A stretch of DNA of 63,487 nt, filler included, from Perkinsus chesapeaki ATCC PRA-425 (Eukaryota; Protista; Perkinsozoa): the NCBI GenBank assembly GCA_013115145.1. It is 7 parts of 7 records of this genome, joined end to end, with 100 filler letters (N's around TTAATTAATTAA, not from the genome) between each part and the next. Parts side by side here need not be neighbours in the genome. Positions count along the whole stretch, not along the records: positions 1 to 18,959 come from JAAPAO010000647.1; 6 more parts are not named here. The stretch is one strand, 5' to 3'. A program made the position numbers and the translations under genes. Position 1 is the stretch's first letter. Each line of letters begins with the position of its first letter. This document shows positions 1 through 12,600 of the stretch, one piece after another. The notes under the pieces are model-generated. The model was not told the DNA's origin. It saw only the letters and a program-made list of their open reading frames with translations, and searched no databases.

Positions 1-358
1 TATGTGAAACGTATCCGGCGAAACGCATGCGTTGTGTGCAGCGCGCCGGTGCAACGCACTATAAATATTATCACATTCACGCGATCACAACACAAGGTCT
101 TTGTAACACTTCGCTCCGCCCTTGTGTATGCGTGCACGGTATTCTGAGCTTTAGCTATATTTCATATTATGTCTCACAAGCTCCTTCTGACCTTTAGTTC
201 TGCGTATGAGTAAGAATACTGCAACAGTCTTCCGCCGGATCATTATACAGTATAATTTATACTCGAATGTCTACTTTCGTGGCGCTGCCACGGCGCCTGC
301 GTGCATAATGTGCGCATGCGTGCAAAATACTCACTTTTCTAGTAGTCTTTTAGACCCT

Positions 359-527
359 GGGCCTATTTCACAAGCGTCCTTACATTAGGACGTCTTTACG
401 CATAGGATCCTAATGTCCTAAACTCCTAACCTAACTTAAGGAAAGGCCCCTTGTGAACGCCGTTTATCCTTAAATTGCATCCTAATGGGTTAAAATCCTT
501 ACGTTAGGACGCTTGTGGAATAGACCC
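359..527. mobile_element. 169-bp MITE, PIF/Harbinger (Tourist)-like
   Basis: 32-bp TIRs (GGGCCTATTTCACAAGCGTCCTTACATTAGGA vs reverse complement GGGTCTATTCCACAAGCGTCCTAACGTAAGGA, 5 mismatches). 3-bp direct repeat CCT on both flanks (356-358, 528-530). Confidence 0.7.
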
Positions 528-1676
528 CCTATCTCGATGCATGGAACGTTCATACAAACGTAGAATGGTTTTCAACGGCCGTCAAGTGTGCAACCTTGAC
601 TGCACTGCCATCTTTGAAAGTGGGGATATCCAACCTGGCGACTCCAAAGTTCCATTGGGGAGCACAAAGTCACATTGTCAATGAGCTTCTCCTTGGACAG
701 TCCGATAGACACTACGTGGTGATCATCTTAGCACGGTGCCTCGGATGGTTTCAGATTCGACTGGATCTAGGCAAATGAGAGGCAACATAGTTGGGGAATT
801 AACGTTTGGCCCGCGGTGCGCGATAGTATCTTGAACTAATACGAAGATTAGCTTGGATTCGCCAAACAAATCGTCTTGCCTTGGAATCGCTTAAGATCCT
901 TTCTAGAAAAAATCGCCAGTCTGGTGAAATTCAGCAGATTACAATGTGAATCACATGTCGCTACGGCGTTGACGCTCGGCGTTGTCACAGGCTGTTGTGA
1001 CTCACAGTTGGACTCCAACTGTTGGAGATCAACTGTTGACCCTCAGCTGTTGAAAAGAAGTGTTGTAGTCTAACATTTGTGAAGTTCGCAATGTGAACCA
1101 ACCAACTCACTTGTCATAATGACAATAAAGTGCACAATGAATGTGATGATGATTACAATGTGTAACCTTCAATCTGTTTGCAGGAAGTTTCCTATAGGGA
1201 AATCACGAGGGCTACCTGCCCCCATTCCAACGGGCTCGCGTGGAGTCGCGAGCTTGATTCTCGATCGCGCTCGCCGATCAACCGGTTCGAAGTATTGTAG
1301 ATCAACATTAGACCTTTGATGAGACGAACTGGGAATTAGGGGGCATGCGTGCAAGCTACGGCTTCATGAAGGCTCTGATCATAAGTATATTTAGGGGGAG
1401 TGCGTAATGCATTGTGCATTTGCTGGTATTGACTGCCACACCGATGACCACAGTAATCGCCATCGCAAGGATTGCTGAACAAGTCTTGAGCGCTCACATG
1501 ATAAACCCTAGCACGAGACGAGACACGAGAGAGAAGGATTATCTGGACGGCCGCTACTCAAACGCACCAAGTCGATGATTTCCGCCATTGCCGTCTCTTC
1601 CCCCAAACAAGAGCCGATATCGCGCCTCTCAGAGTTTGCATTGCAAGTTGAAATTTCCCATTTCACTACTATTAAG

Positions 1677-2825
1677 ATGTCCAAGTCCTTCATTATTCTT
1701 AACGTGGTCTTCCCATTTTGGCGTGGTGGTTGTGAAGCCACAGAGTTGCCAGTGACCTCGTCAGAGCTCCAACAAGGTACATATAAGGCAGTTGCAATGC
1801 CCGATAGCAGTATGATTTGCCCTTCACTGCCGACACTTGAAGAGTTCACCATGGAAGTTAAAGATGGGGTGAATGGTCAAATGGCGAGGTTGACAGCTAA
1901 GATTAACGGGCGGCATTTTGTCATGGATGATTACAGTCCATTGGTTTGGTACGCGGAGTGGTCACTTCGGATCCCTGGAAATCCGAAGTGTATGTATTTC
2001 CCGCGTCAATCATTTCATGAAGAATGGTTTGTTTCTGATATCATTTCTTGGATCAATTTAAAAGCTAAATCTACCTCGCTACTGAAACCCGGATTAGCCT
2101 TCTGTTTCGAACATAACAAGTTAACAGGCAATATGGGGAAAATAGCGGGCAAATGGAGAAAAACCATCGGTTACAGTCACAGCTTTGAGCTCGTCAAGGA
2201 ACCATCTATGGGTCTTGGCAAAAGGAAACAGCTCCAATCATCTCCTCACTCATCCACGGAAGAGCCGCCGAAGAAGCGTGGAAGAGAGCAAGGCACAGCC
2301 CAATCCAGAGACCCAAGCATGTCATTGGGATACGACACTATGCCTCTGGTGACTGACGAGGGTATGAATAGGATATCAACTCATAAGGGTGGTGATACGG
2401 GTCCCGGACCGAGCGGTAATCAGCTCCATCCGAAGAGCCTTCATCACCCATCCCATCCTCTTCGAGTAAATGAGCTACAGACGGGGACAGCTACGGATAA
2501 CGCACTCGATCTGGAAGATATAGATGTTGACAATTGGAATGGTCAGCCGGATATGGCCGATGAGATACTGGATTCGGCAAAAGCTGACAGTATTGTGAAC
2601 CCTTCTAGCACGGGAATGAGTAGCAAGCACATTGGCGGACAAGTGGTCCAACATGATAAGTCTTATAATGAGATATTGTCTCACTTGAAGGATGAAACTG
2701 CACCTAAGGGGAGTGGGTCATCCAGTGATTTATTGGACTTTAATACGGAAGCTCTACCTGATTATGATAGTATGCTCGAAAACATATTAGACTTGAAGGA
2801 CGAAGCTGAACAGAGGCGGCAATAG
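1677..2825 (+). CDS. Intronless hypothetical protein (382 aa from ATG 1677), probably secreted
   Basis: Long ORF. ATG 1677 gives a signal-peptide-like N-terminus (MSKSFIILNVVFPFWRGGCEA), then a globular-looking region, basic clusters (GKRKQ...PPKKRGR) and an acidic low-complexity tail. No family recognised. Confidence 0.65.
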   Translation: MSKSFIILNVVFPFWRGGCEATELPVTSSELQQGTYKAVAMPDSSMICPSLPTLEEFTMEVKDGVNGQMARLTAKINGRHFVMDDYSPLVWYAEWSLRIPGNPKCMYFPRQSFHEEWFVSDIISWINLKAKSTSLLKPGLAFCFEHNKLTGNMGKIAGKWRKTIGYSHSFELVKEPSMGLGKRKQLQSSPHSSTEEPPKKRGREQGTAQSRDPSMSLGYDTMPLVTDEGMNRISTHKGGDTGPGPSGNQLHPKSLHHPSHPLRVNELQTGTATDNALDLEDIDVDNWNGQPDMADEILDSAKADSIVNPSSTGMSSKHIGGQVVQHDKSYNEILSHLKDETAPKGSGSSSDLLDFNTEALPDYDSMLENILDLKDEAEQRRQ

Positions 2826-4716
2826 CCCCTGACAATGTTTAGATCTACGACTCATGTTATTCATGTAATCTTTTTGATGTTTATATCCACTTAATTCTAA
2901 AGCCCGAAAACAACTTCCACTGCATTGATGTAATCCCTTGCATGTTTATACTTATTCGATTATTATCCTTATTAAGGGATTTACTTTATTGCGAGTATTC
3001 AATCTTCGACAAGTGTTGCCGTGCTCCGTGACGAAACCGGAATATTATTGCCTCCCACAGTTTGCCATACCAAAATCAATATAGCTGTGTAATATCAATC
3101 AGTTATTCATATTATATGGAGCTACCGATAAAGCTACTAGAGCGGCCCCACCTCGATCCAGAACAGACCTTAGTAGACGAGACCAAGAATGTTATGCATT
3201 CCACCTGGCACAACGCAACGCTCCATGGAAATGGGAGCCACAACTCATTGAAGCCCCCTAGACAAAATAATATTATTGTACCTTCAGAACCTTCGCGAAT
3301 CACGAGAAAAATCATACTCCTCTTTGGGTGTCGTTACCCGCTGAGTTTTCTCTATACAAGGCCTCGTTACGGTGGAAAAAATAACTCTAACAGTGTTATG
3401 TTAAAGGGCACCTAACGTTTCTACTAACAAGATTATCTTGTCAAGATAATGTTGTGAGGATTGTGTGCAAGAACTGTCTCTCGCTGTATTCTATAGCATA
3501 GTTATTATAACAAGTATATTTCATCACTCACTTTAAGTGATTTAACGAGTTATAATGTTACTAATAGTAACATCTTTGGTAGAAGAATCAAGTACACTGT
3601 ACTTGGATCTCGGAGCTACTGAGACTCGGAACTCAGAATCGTTGAAAACAGCTGAGCAGGCTCCAGGGTTCTTCAAGTATCAAGTAAATTCCCGACTTCT
3701 GCACATATGCCTTACCAAGCTTCAAAATTGAAACTTATTCTTAACACAACAAAGTAGAATCTACCGTATCTCTACCGCTAAATTAACGCCATCAATAATC
3801 ATCATAATCGTAACCGTCATGCATAAATTACCAAAGATAAAACAAACGTCGATAGTTTTCGATACGCGAGTCAACCGCAAGCAGTTGAACAGTACTTCTG
3901 CTGCTGGTGGTGATCAATAATACCATCGCCAGTGATGACCATATCAACAGCAGCAGCAGAAGGTTCAGGTCGATGAAAGCAAATACCCGCCTCGGACAAT
4001 ATAGGGATAAATAATAGATAAAAAGGGGGACCACCAACTAACCTAGTAAGAATCTTTTATTATCAAAGCTTACAACTGCATTTTTGTTTTTTACAACTTC
4101 AAGCAAATGTAGCGGGACTGGATTTTTAATTTTTGTTAGCAGTCCAAATGATAACCAATAATAACAACAGTCGTAAACGTCACGCGCCACAAAATCCGAT
4201 AGATTTTTCCATCAGACTCTACGACGAGATAACAACGAGGCCCCTCTTCATGGACTTATATATACAGACCACTGCCATAAAGTCACGCGCCACATAATAA
4301 TAAGCAACAACCACTGGTGATAGTGCAGTTAGTGGCATATAAAAATGATAACCAACGAGCGGAGCGAAGCAGAACCTGAACAGACAAATCCGTGGAACAA
4401 GTGGAATATAATGCAAAAGGTTGATATCTCAACAATATTACAAGCCCTTATAATTTATGATAATAGTTAATGAATACTGTACGGGTAGAGTTTATATATA
4501 GACAATAGATTATTATTATTCGATATCGCCAAGGTGCTCATGCCTGAGCTTAATCCAAAGGGCAGCGTATACTAAGACCAAACAAGGTTTAGTAATCACA
4601 TTAGGCATTTAAGAGCTATTCGAAACCCGAAGGGAAAAATCTTTCCCTTTAAGCGTTCTGGAGGGTTCTGCGAATTTACCGAGAATTCGTCTCGAGTTGT
4701 ATTCCCCACCGACTTA

Positions 4717-6040
4717 CTAGCAACTACTTCCAACTTCGACCGATCGATAAGGCTTGTAGTCCGCACCACAACCGTTGCACTGCTCTGGGAACAACACACT
4801 GGTGGGGTCATGTTCGGCTGAAAATAACAATAAGGTATTAGCAAGCAATTTTCATACCAGCTTTCTCTCCGACAACCCTCAATCGCTTGGCCGCCGGCCC
4901 TTCAGACTTTTCTTCGGTGTTGGTCGACTTGCTGTTCAACTTGGCCGCGCTGACCTCCATGAAGGGCTGGATTCGCCATTCTGGTTTGTTATCGAACTCC
5001 TTACTGCGAACTGCAAGGCCAAACTTGGCCGCCTGAGGAGAAGAAGCTTTAAAAAAGTGTGCATTATACTTTATAAACCCAAGAAGGAATTGCGGTTATA
5101 TTAATTAATAAAAAGTTATTTTTTAATAATGATAATTTACGCAATCTTGCATTGTACTTAAAAATGCACTATTTTCAAAATTGTATTATTTTCCCACTAA
5201 TACCAACAATATGCTTTTAAGCTTGTCAGATTGCTGATCTTCAACGGAATACATAATGCAACGGTAAAAATGAAAAACAACGGAAACGGAGAAACGGCCG
5301 ATATCTTCGATAACAGGCTCGATTATCTACGAATTGTTACTTTAAAGCAAATAAACAACCATACGAAATAAGTGGATTTCCGTAGGTATCGGATTTGATA
5401 GAACTACCGAAGAGCTTTTCGTGATGAAACCCACGTGGGCTTGTTTGAGGATGCTTACGAGTTCGTTCATGAAGTTTATGGCGGGCTTCTGTTGCATGTC
5501 GAGGAGGGAGCGACCGGCAGCGGTTTGGAGAGTGGCTCGTTGCATTGCACCAGCGGGCGCCTTCACGCCTTTGTTGCGGCACTTGGTCAAGGCATCCTGG
5601 GTCGAAGCGTGCAAGATACAGAATAGGTCAGATTGGATACCTTGTGTGCTCTTTCTCCATTGATTCTTGATGCTTCAGGGTTAAGAATGTTCTGTAATTG
5701 GAAGCCTCTAAAGCCGATAAGGCCAGAGACAGCGCGATGAATCTTAGGCTGTTCAATCTCAATAACGAGGCCATCGTCAGAACCGTTCAACGTGGAGGAA
5801 ACCATTAGGAGATGGGCAAACAAGGGCTGCTTGATTACTACCAATAACCAACCCGATCGCTCATAAAGATATTTCGAAGGTCAGGAATTGATCCTCGGAA
5901 GTATAACGCGGTAGACGAAAGCAGAAATGGCCACCATTTGAATATCTTATATGGTTCAACAAGTCTTCATCAAGTATGTACGTCTCGTTAAAAGGAAATC
6001 GTCGGTCGCTCGCCGTTCTGCGCCGATCCTAAGGAGATGA
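4717..6040 (-). CDS. Multi-exon hypothetical protein; 5' end unresolved
   Basis: Phase-consistent GT-AG exons: ...PLFAHLLMVSSTLNG...NGERAHK | DALTKCRNKG...LKQAH | AAKFGLAVRSKEF...VVGEKA | AEHDPTSVLFPEQCNGCGADYKPYRSVEVGSSC* (stop 4717-4719). Confidence 0.5.
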
Positions 6041-6661
6041 AAGTGTGTCTAAGATCGCAAGATAGGCGGAGCGAAGCGTTTCATGTTTGCGTTTTCCAAC
6101 TGGGCCAACTCTACAGTGGTTCGTTACAATGGATGGCTATCCTGGTGGTGGGCAGCAGATACCCACTAACCCTATGATGCAGCAATGGGTTAATGTAATA
6201 AGGAAATGTCGGTACGGAAATTTAGGGCCAATTAAAAAGGTGAAAAAATCACAAAAATTAATCGCCTTTGAATTAATAAAGGTGTTCTTTAATTTGGGTT
6301 GTATGGAGAGATATTTGCTTGCATTCACGTAACAGATATGTATAAGTATATAAATGCATAGAACCATTTGCATGTGTGATGATCTTAATGTTTGGTGAGC
6401 TACACCGATGACTGTCGATGGTGGAAAGTTATTAATATTTTTGCTGGTAAATTTTCATACCAATTTCGAAGGCAATAGGCTGGGGAATTCAGGTTTTGCC
6501 GTCCTATTTTTCGCGATATCTTTTCCTATTTTTTATCTGAATGCGAGACTTCTGGTATATTATTTTTTCACTTGTTTCATTTTTGCTTGTCAAATCTCAC
6601 TAAGATGTAGCTTCCCCATCTTTCTTTGCGGTCCATTTACTAAATTCCGGACAAAGAAGAC

Positions 6662-9600
6662 ATGGTTGAATATCGTTAGAAATCTTTACAAGATTGTGTT
6701 TAGTACTATGCCGCAGCACAGGCCAGTCAGGCAGCGGCAGCCTATTCTGCATCACATGGTGGAGGAGCATATCAGATTGGTAAGTGAATATTATATGCTC
6801 ATACCGCTCCCTTCTATTGTTGACGTATTTTATATAGTCATACCGCTCCCTTCTAGTATTAACGTATTTTATATGCTCATACCGCTCCCTTCTATTGTTG
6901 ACGTATTTTATATGCTCATACCGCTCCCTTCTATTGTTGACGTATTTTATATGCTCATACCGCTCCCTTCTAGTATTAACGTATTTTATATGGTCATACC
7001 GCTCCCTTCTAGTATTAACGTATTTTATATAGTCATACCGCTCTCTTGTAGTATTAAAGTATTACGGTATGGCCCCATTTTATTCCATAACCCAGTATAT
7101 CGTTTCCCGCACAGGTTCAACCCCGGCGACCTCCTATATGCCATCCGCGAGCGCTGTTAAGCCAGTTAAGAAATGCTTTCTACATAATAAGCACAACAAT
7201 GGATGTAAAAAGTGCAGGGAATATAAGGACTGGGTAATAAACAGTGGGAAGCAGTGAAAGATATATCGGAAGATTCTCAGCGAATTGTTATGGGAAACTA
7301 TCTTGGTAAAAGGATTACCGAACACGTTTTTACTGGGAACATTTCACAGGGCAATTCCCGATAGTTTCGAGGGCTTCTCCTTGATACCGATAAATCCCCT
7401 CAAATTCACTCATGGATGTCATTCTGGACAATACAATTTTGCAATTGTATACAATGAGACTTTTAATAATACAACTTTTAGCGGCTCCTCTTTGATCACT
7501 CTATTTTAGTTTTGACAGAAGTCATTGTTCTTATCTGTCTACAGTATATTTTAAATTGGCCAGCTGAACAAGCAGTACTCATTCACACGACAGAACTTTT
7601 GCACCTCTTAATTTGCCTATTTACACTGTTATTTTGTCGCTGTGTTTTATTGACCAGAAAGTATTTTTCAATAACGTCTACCAATCTTTCATTAGCATTA
7701 ATGCTTATTATCAAATTTAAAGGTACGTTCATCGCTGAAGTGAATGTTACTTTTCGTATTTCCACCTATACTGTTCGTACTGATCAAATGAATCAGATAA
7801 AGCATGAACAGGAAGCAGCAAAGCAACAGCAATCCTTGTTAACGGCAAATGTTAATGACTCTATGATGGGCACTTTACAGTTGACTAATACTACTACATA
7901 TAACTACCCTCAGATGGTAATATCGGCAGGGCTGGGGTTTGATGGGCAACGAGGTTCTAGTAACACGGAAAATCGCGAACACTTGTGTTACCCAGTGTGC
8001 ATCCGAATCAGCTTTATTATCGGAAGCTCATCGAATCGGCATATCGATACGATATTTTATTATATTTATATGCATAAAGAACCATTTTGGGAAGAATGTG
8101 TGCGTCTTTTATAATAGGCATGCAGTACAACAATTCCTGGAATCTTCGTGTAGATCGTTTCTGAATTTTCGTATTTCTCAGTTACATCAGCAGCTGGCTA
8201 AATCTGCCTATTATCATTCGATTCAACAGTAAGTCTGTCCCCATTGTGTCATTTAAGTGGTTCGTAGGTTGGATACTCCCGACGCTATAATTGATGAGAT
8301 AAAGAGTAGATGTAAAGATGCTGAGCCTTATGCACCTGGGTAGGAGGGGTATTGTTTTGGATGTGTGTGGGAAAGTCGGTATGAACATTTAAGACTAGTC
8401 CGGTATCCACTGGGGTGACACTATAGATCACATGGGAAACCTACAGCCCGCACGTGCGGGAATAGATATACACAGTCGGACATGTGAACTCCCGAGAGAA
8501 GATTTAGGGATATGAGATGAGACTGCGCGGGGCGAGCGAACACCCCTGTGGCGGACTAGTTGCACCGTGTGCAATCACACGTAGCAAGACACATTGTCAG
8601 AATTTTTGTGGGAGAGTCGGTATGAATATCTTGTACGGTTTTATGTACGTACTTTTCCTCTAACAATCATTTATAATATAGTGTCCTCAGCTCTCAGTGC
8701 GAAGCTCCTTCACGTAACTATATCTCACCGAACCCAGATGCAGCTCGAATATCTTTACTTGCAGAACAGGCCACGCTGATTCAGCGCCGCTGAGACACTG
8801 AGATCTTTGCGTGAATTTGAGCAGCGGTAAAATACAGGTCTCTCGCGTTTGGATATTCGGTTTTCAGTGGAAAAATATTCCGGCAAGCTCCTAACAAAGC
8901 GCGCGCTTCGTGTCCTTAAGTCTTCAATGTATTCTAGAATGATTGGTCCATCAATAGTAATAGTCTCCTTAATGGCTCAGGTCTCATACCGTTCCTTCCA
9001 CAATGTTCTGCTGCCTATACCGATTGTTTGTTATGCGCATCAATAGTAAAACATTAGGGCAACTTATTAACTATCATGGAGGCCCATATGTGAGGTGAGG
9101 TATCTTTGCGCACTATGAAGAATATCTTTGGTTCTTTCAGATGCGCTGGCTTCTTGTATGTTCGGTTTGGTCTGTCACCGAGGGACTATTGGAGTTTCCT
9201 GCAGCCGCATTTGTTGGTAATCGAACGGTCTCTGGTTCGATCCCGGCATAATGTATTTCTATTAATAGGACGATGAGGAGTTCACCCCGGGCTGCGATAA
9301 AAATCGAGTTATTACTATGGGAGAATACGTCGAAAAGGTACGCATTGTGGGATGGTTAAAAGTGCTGTCGGATAAAGAAACTCTGGTGGCAATTACCGAG
9401 CAATGCAGCGGTACAGTTCTGAGACTCCTTCGGCGAAAGGCATTCACTTCGCTCTTTGATTCTACTACATGCAGTGCACAAGCTTGGTTAGCTTCATTAT
9501 CGAGTCTATGCTCCAAAATCTGTCGTTACTTTGCTGAGCTTACGCGTGCTTTCTTCTGGTGGCTCTGGGGAAAAAGGTGCAAGCTGTAGACGGCGGCATA

Positions 9601-12600
9601 GCTCAGCGAAGGAAGGGTTGAGCACTTTGCCTAGCAGTGGCTTGGTTGGCCTGCCGGATACCAACAATCCAAGGATTGAGCTGACGTAATGCGCTCCAAG
9701 TCTCCGTATTGATATAATACCACATTCTCCCGGCTTACTCTTTCTACGGATGGTAAAGTACAAGCTGCTAAAGTATTCAACTGCCCAACTTAGAATACGG
9801 AAACCGCCATACCTTGCCCTGGGTGATCGAATTGACTATTCTTCTCCCGGAGTCCCCAGATGCGCATTCGGGCATTCGGGCGCCGGTAGAGTGATTCCTT
9901 GAGCGATCGAGCTGCCATTCGTGGGGTCATCGCTGGGTGTCATCGGTCTGCAGTGCAGATGTATAAGGGGCGAGACCCGAAAGAGGAGATGAAATATGAA
10001 GTTGATTTGCAGTGATGTTTCCCAAATCTTCAGTGTACGGCTACAACATACGTCCAAACCGTCACGGCTTACTCCGTACGATCACAAGAAATAGTCCGGC
10101 AAATCAGATACAGGCATTTTTCAAAGAGTTATCAACACTGTACTGGCCATCAGCGATTTTCATTTCGATGCATTCGTGTGTGACTGAAGACACTTGATGA
10201 TGTTTTACATTTAACAATTTATGGTAAAATATATGCAGCTGACATGAGTTGCATAAATTCGACCAAGTCTGTGTGTTAGACTATCAATTGTCCAACTTTG
10301 TGGCTTCTCTCTCAGTTGTTAACGGAAGATCGGTATTACAGTGTGATTCTACCGAGGATACCTCAGGCAATCAAGACAGAGTAAGGATTCAGTGGCGATT
10401 GATATGATTGAATATCTTCGTAGGTATTGTGTGAAGTTGTTGGCCTTTGAGAAATATCAGTTCCGAGAGAGGCAAAAACAGAATAAGGCCGCCCTGGACA
10501 AATTCCATGCCAGAGCGAAGGTGAGGCGGCGATTGGAGGGGCAAATTCGCGCCCAGGTAGTTCATGTAACAGGCTGAATGATATGAACGTGACATAGGCT
10601 GTGATTTAATAATATATGAAATTATTATCAAGAGCATTTACACAAATAACTCGACCCAAGTTCGCCCCCACTTCACAATACCTCACTTCAATGATCCGCT
10701 GCATGGCTGAGGTTTTCTGATCAGATCGAGGCCTGTTCAAATGGCGACTGGCTCGATGGGGAAGTTGTCGATGTTTTGGGGCCCACAACGAACCGTGTTA
10801 GAGTCAAATGTCGTCTTGAAGATGGGTAATGCTGTCGGCGAAGCTGCGATAAGCCCAAGGTTTTGCAGATCTGTTGAGGAGATACCACTCGGTATGGTTG
10901 TACTCAAGTCCGGCGAGGGTGACAACTGGGAAGAAGGGGAGTAGGCCCGGCGGCGGTGGGCTGTTTGTAATGGTACTCACTTCAGATGGTACGATGAAAG
11001 TTGGTATGATGCTGCGGCTGGAGGGCAAGGAGGACAAAGGTGAGATATGGAACCGCTTACCCTATTGAGATTATATATTGAAATCTTTTGGGGAGAATCG
11101 GCTAACGGGTGAAATAATTTCCGCAGTTCCCTAATCGAGTTGGATATGATCGATACACTTGTTAGTGCAATGATATCCAATCATAATTATCTTCGCCAAT
11201 AATAATCACTTGTTAATCAAACTTCTGTCAACTTCTCACCAGCCTACCAAGGCGTACACGTTCATACAGCCCAAAATGATCTCACTGGGATGGGGTTCAA
11301 TTGGTGGGTGCGAATTAACGGACGCGTTGTTATGAACAGTATGTTGTCATATATAAGGATAATGTGGGATAGTATGACTTTTGTGCGATTTGTCTCCTTA
11401 GTTGGGGCAACGATCCGAATGCAGCTGGAGCCTGGGCTGAGGGAAGCGATGAGCGCAAGGGTGAAACTAAGGTGACACTTTCAAAGAGGAAATGTGCGCT
11501 TGGTTTATGTTGTCGGTTTTAGACTGTGGATTTGACTCATCAACGAACGGCGGGTACCTTCGATGATTCGGCTTATGAGGGAATGAATGCGTTGGATGTT
11601 TATAACCAACGTCGGAGGGATAAGGTAGGTCGCGATGAACTCGATTATTAGATGATTGATGTGATCATTACAACGTAGCCTTGGAAGTATTTCTATACGT
11701 TATATCATTTCTATGAATACTGAATGACATTCCTCTTCCAATAGCGCGATCTCGTGGTACTCGGAGACGTTGGTGATCCATCTCCTCTGATCCTTTTATG
11801 TGGTAGCTTGCTCCTTCAGCTGGATTGTTATCGTATATATATACCACAAGAGGAAGCCTCCTTTTATGAGACTATCACTTAAGCAGAGTGATAGGATTGT
11901 GTACATCAGTGATAGAACGCGGGCTGAACTAATCCTATTTCTAGGAAGATTCGTTCGCCACAGGCTATTTTATTTCATTCTGACTCAGCACCGCAATGGC
12001 ACCTTTTTGTCATCTTCGTTCTCCCGTCTCGCTTCTTGTTGTAATGCATCTATTTCAGCCCATGAAATGCCCGAATGTTGAATGAATGTCTTAGGCCAGT
12101 GTCTCGGCGACGAGTGGTAAGGGTTACTGCCGACCAGTTCAAGGCTATAGGAATGCCCTCTCGCGACCACATGTTGAATCCGGTGAGAAGGAATTGCCTT
12201 ATCGGTTGCAAAGGTTGGTTGTTCAGGGGCATCAGCGGTCGTGAGACGTAGAAGTCGATCTAGGAGTAGAGATCGGGATGATTTAGAGTAAGTGTGGTAT
12301 GACGAAGGCTTTCAAACAGACACTCAGCCTGTATGTCGCATGATAGCTTGGCATCACTTAATGTTGAATGGTCCAACAATGTTGAATCAACATGAAATAT
12401 TGACACTAGATTCAACTTGATAATATTACCTGATCTAATAATATTTTACTATACTGTTATAAGTTATATGTCCTGCAGACTGCAGTCAGAGTGAGTCTCA
12501 GATGATTTCAATAATAGTTGCCGATCATAACCATTTGGTTAAATCAATTTGGTCGGCTACCCAAGTTAGCAAAACTCCTGAAATTTCGACCGGTTTCCCA

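Noticed and set aside
3062-3415. Possible integrase zinc-finger remnant
   Set aside because: No intact HHCC or DDE motif; the resemblance is too weak.
6792-7064. CRISPR-like array (also considered for the 30-bp and 27-bp repeats)
   Set aside because: Head-to-tail units with no unique spacers, no cas genes and a eukaryotic context.
6408-7160. 250-aa ORF with YMLIPLPSIVDVF repeats
   Set aside because: The repeats lie inside a GT-AG intron of the PRP38-like gene; the real exons use another frame.
9225-9250. tRNA T-arm-like GGTTCGATCCCGG (similar motif near 37403)
   Set aside because: Sits in a 52-bp intron with no D-arm, anticodon arm or acceptor stem.
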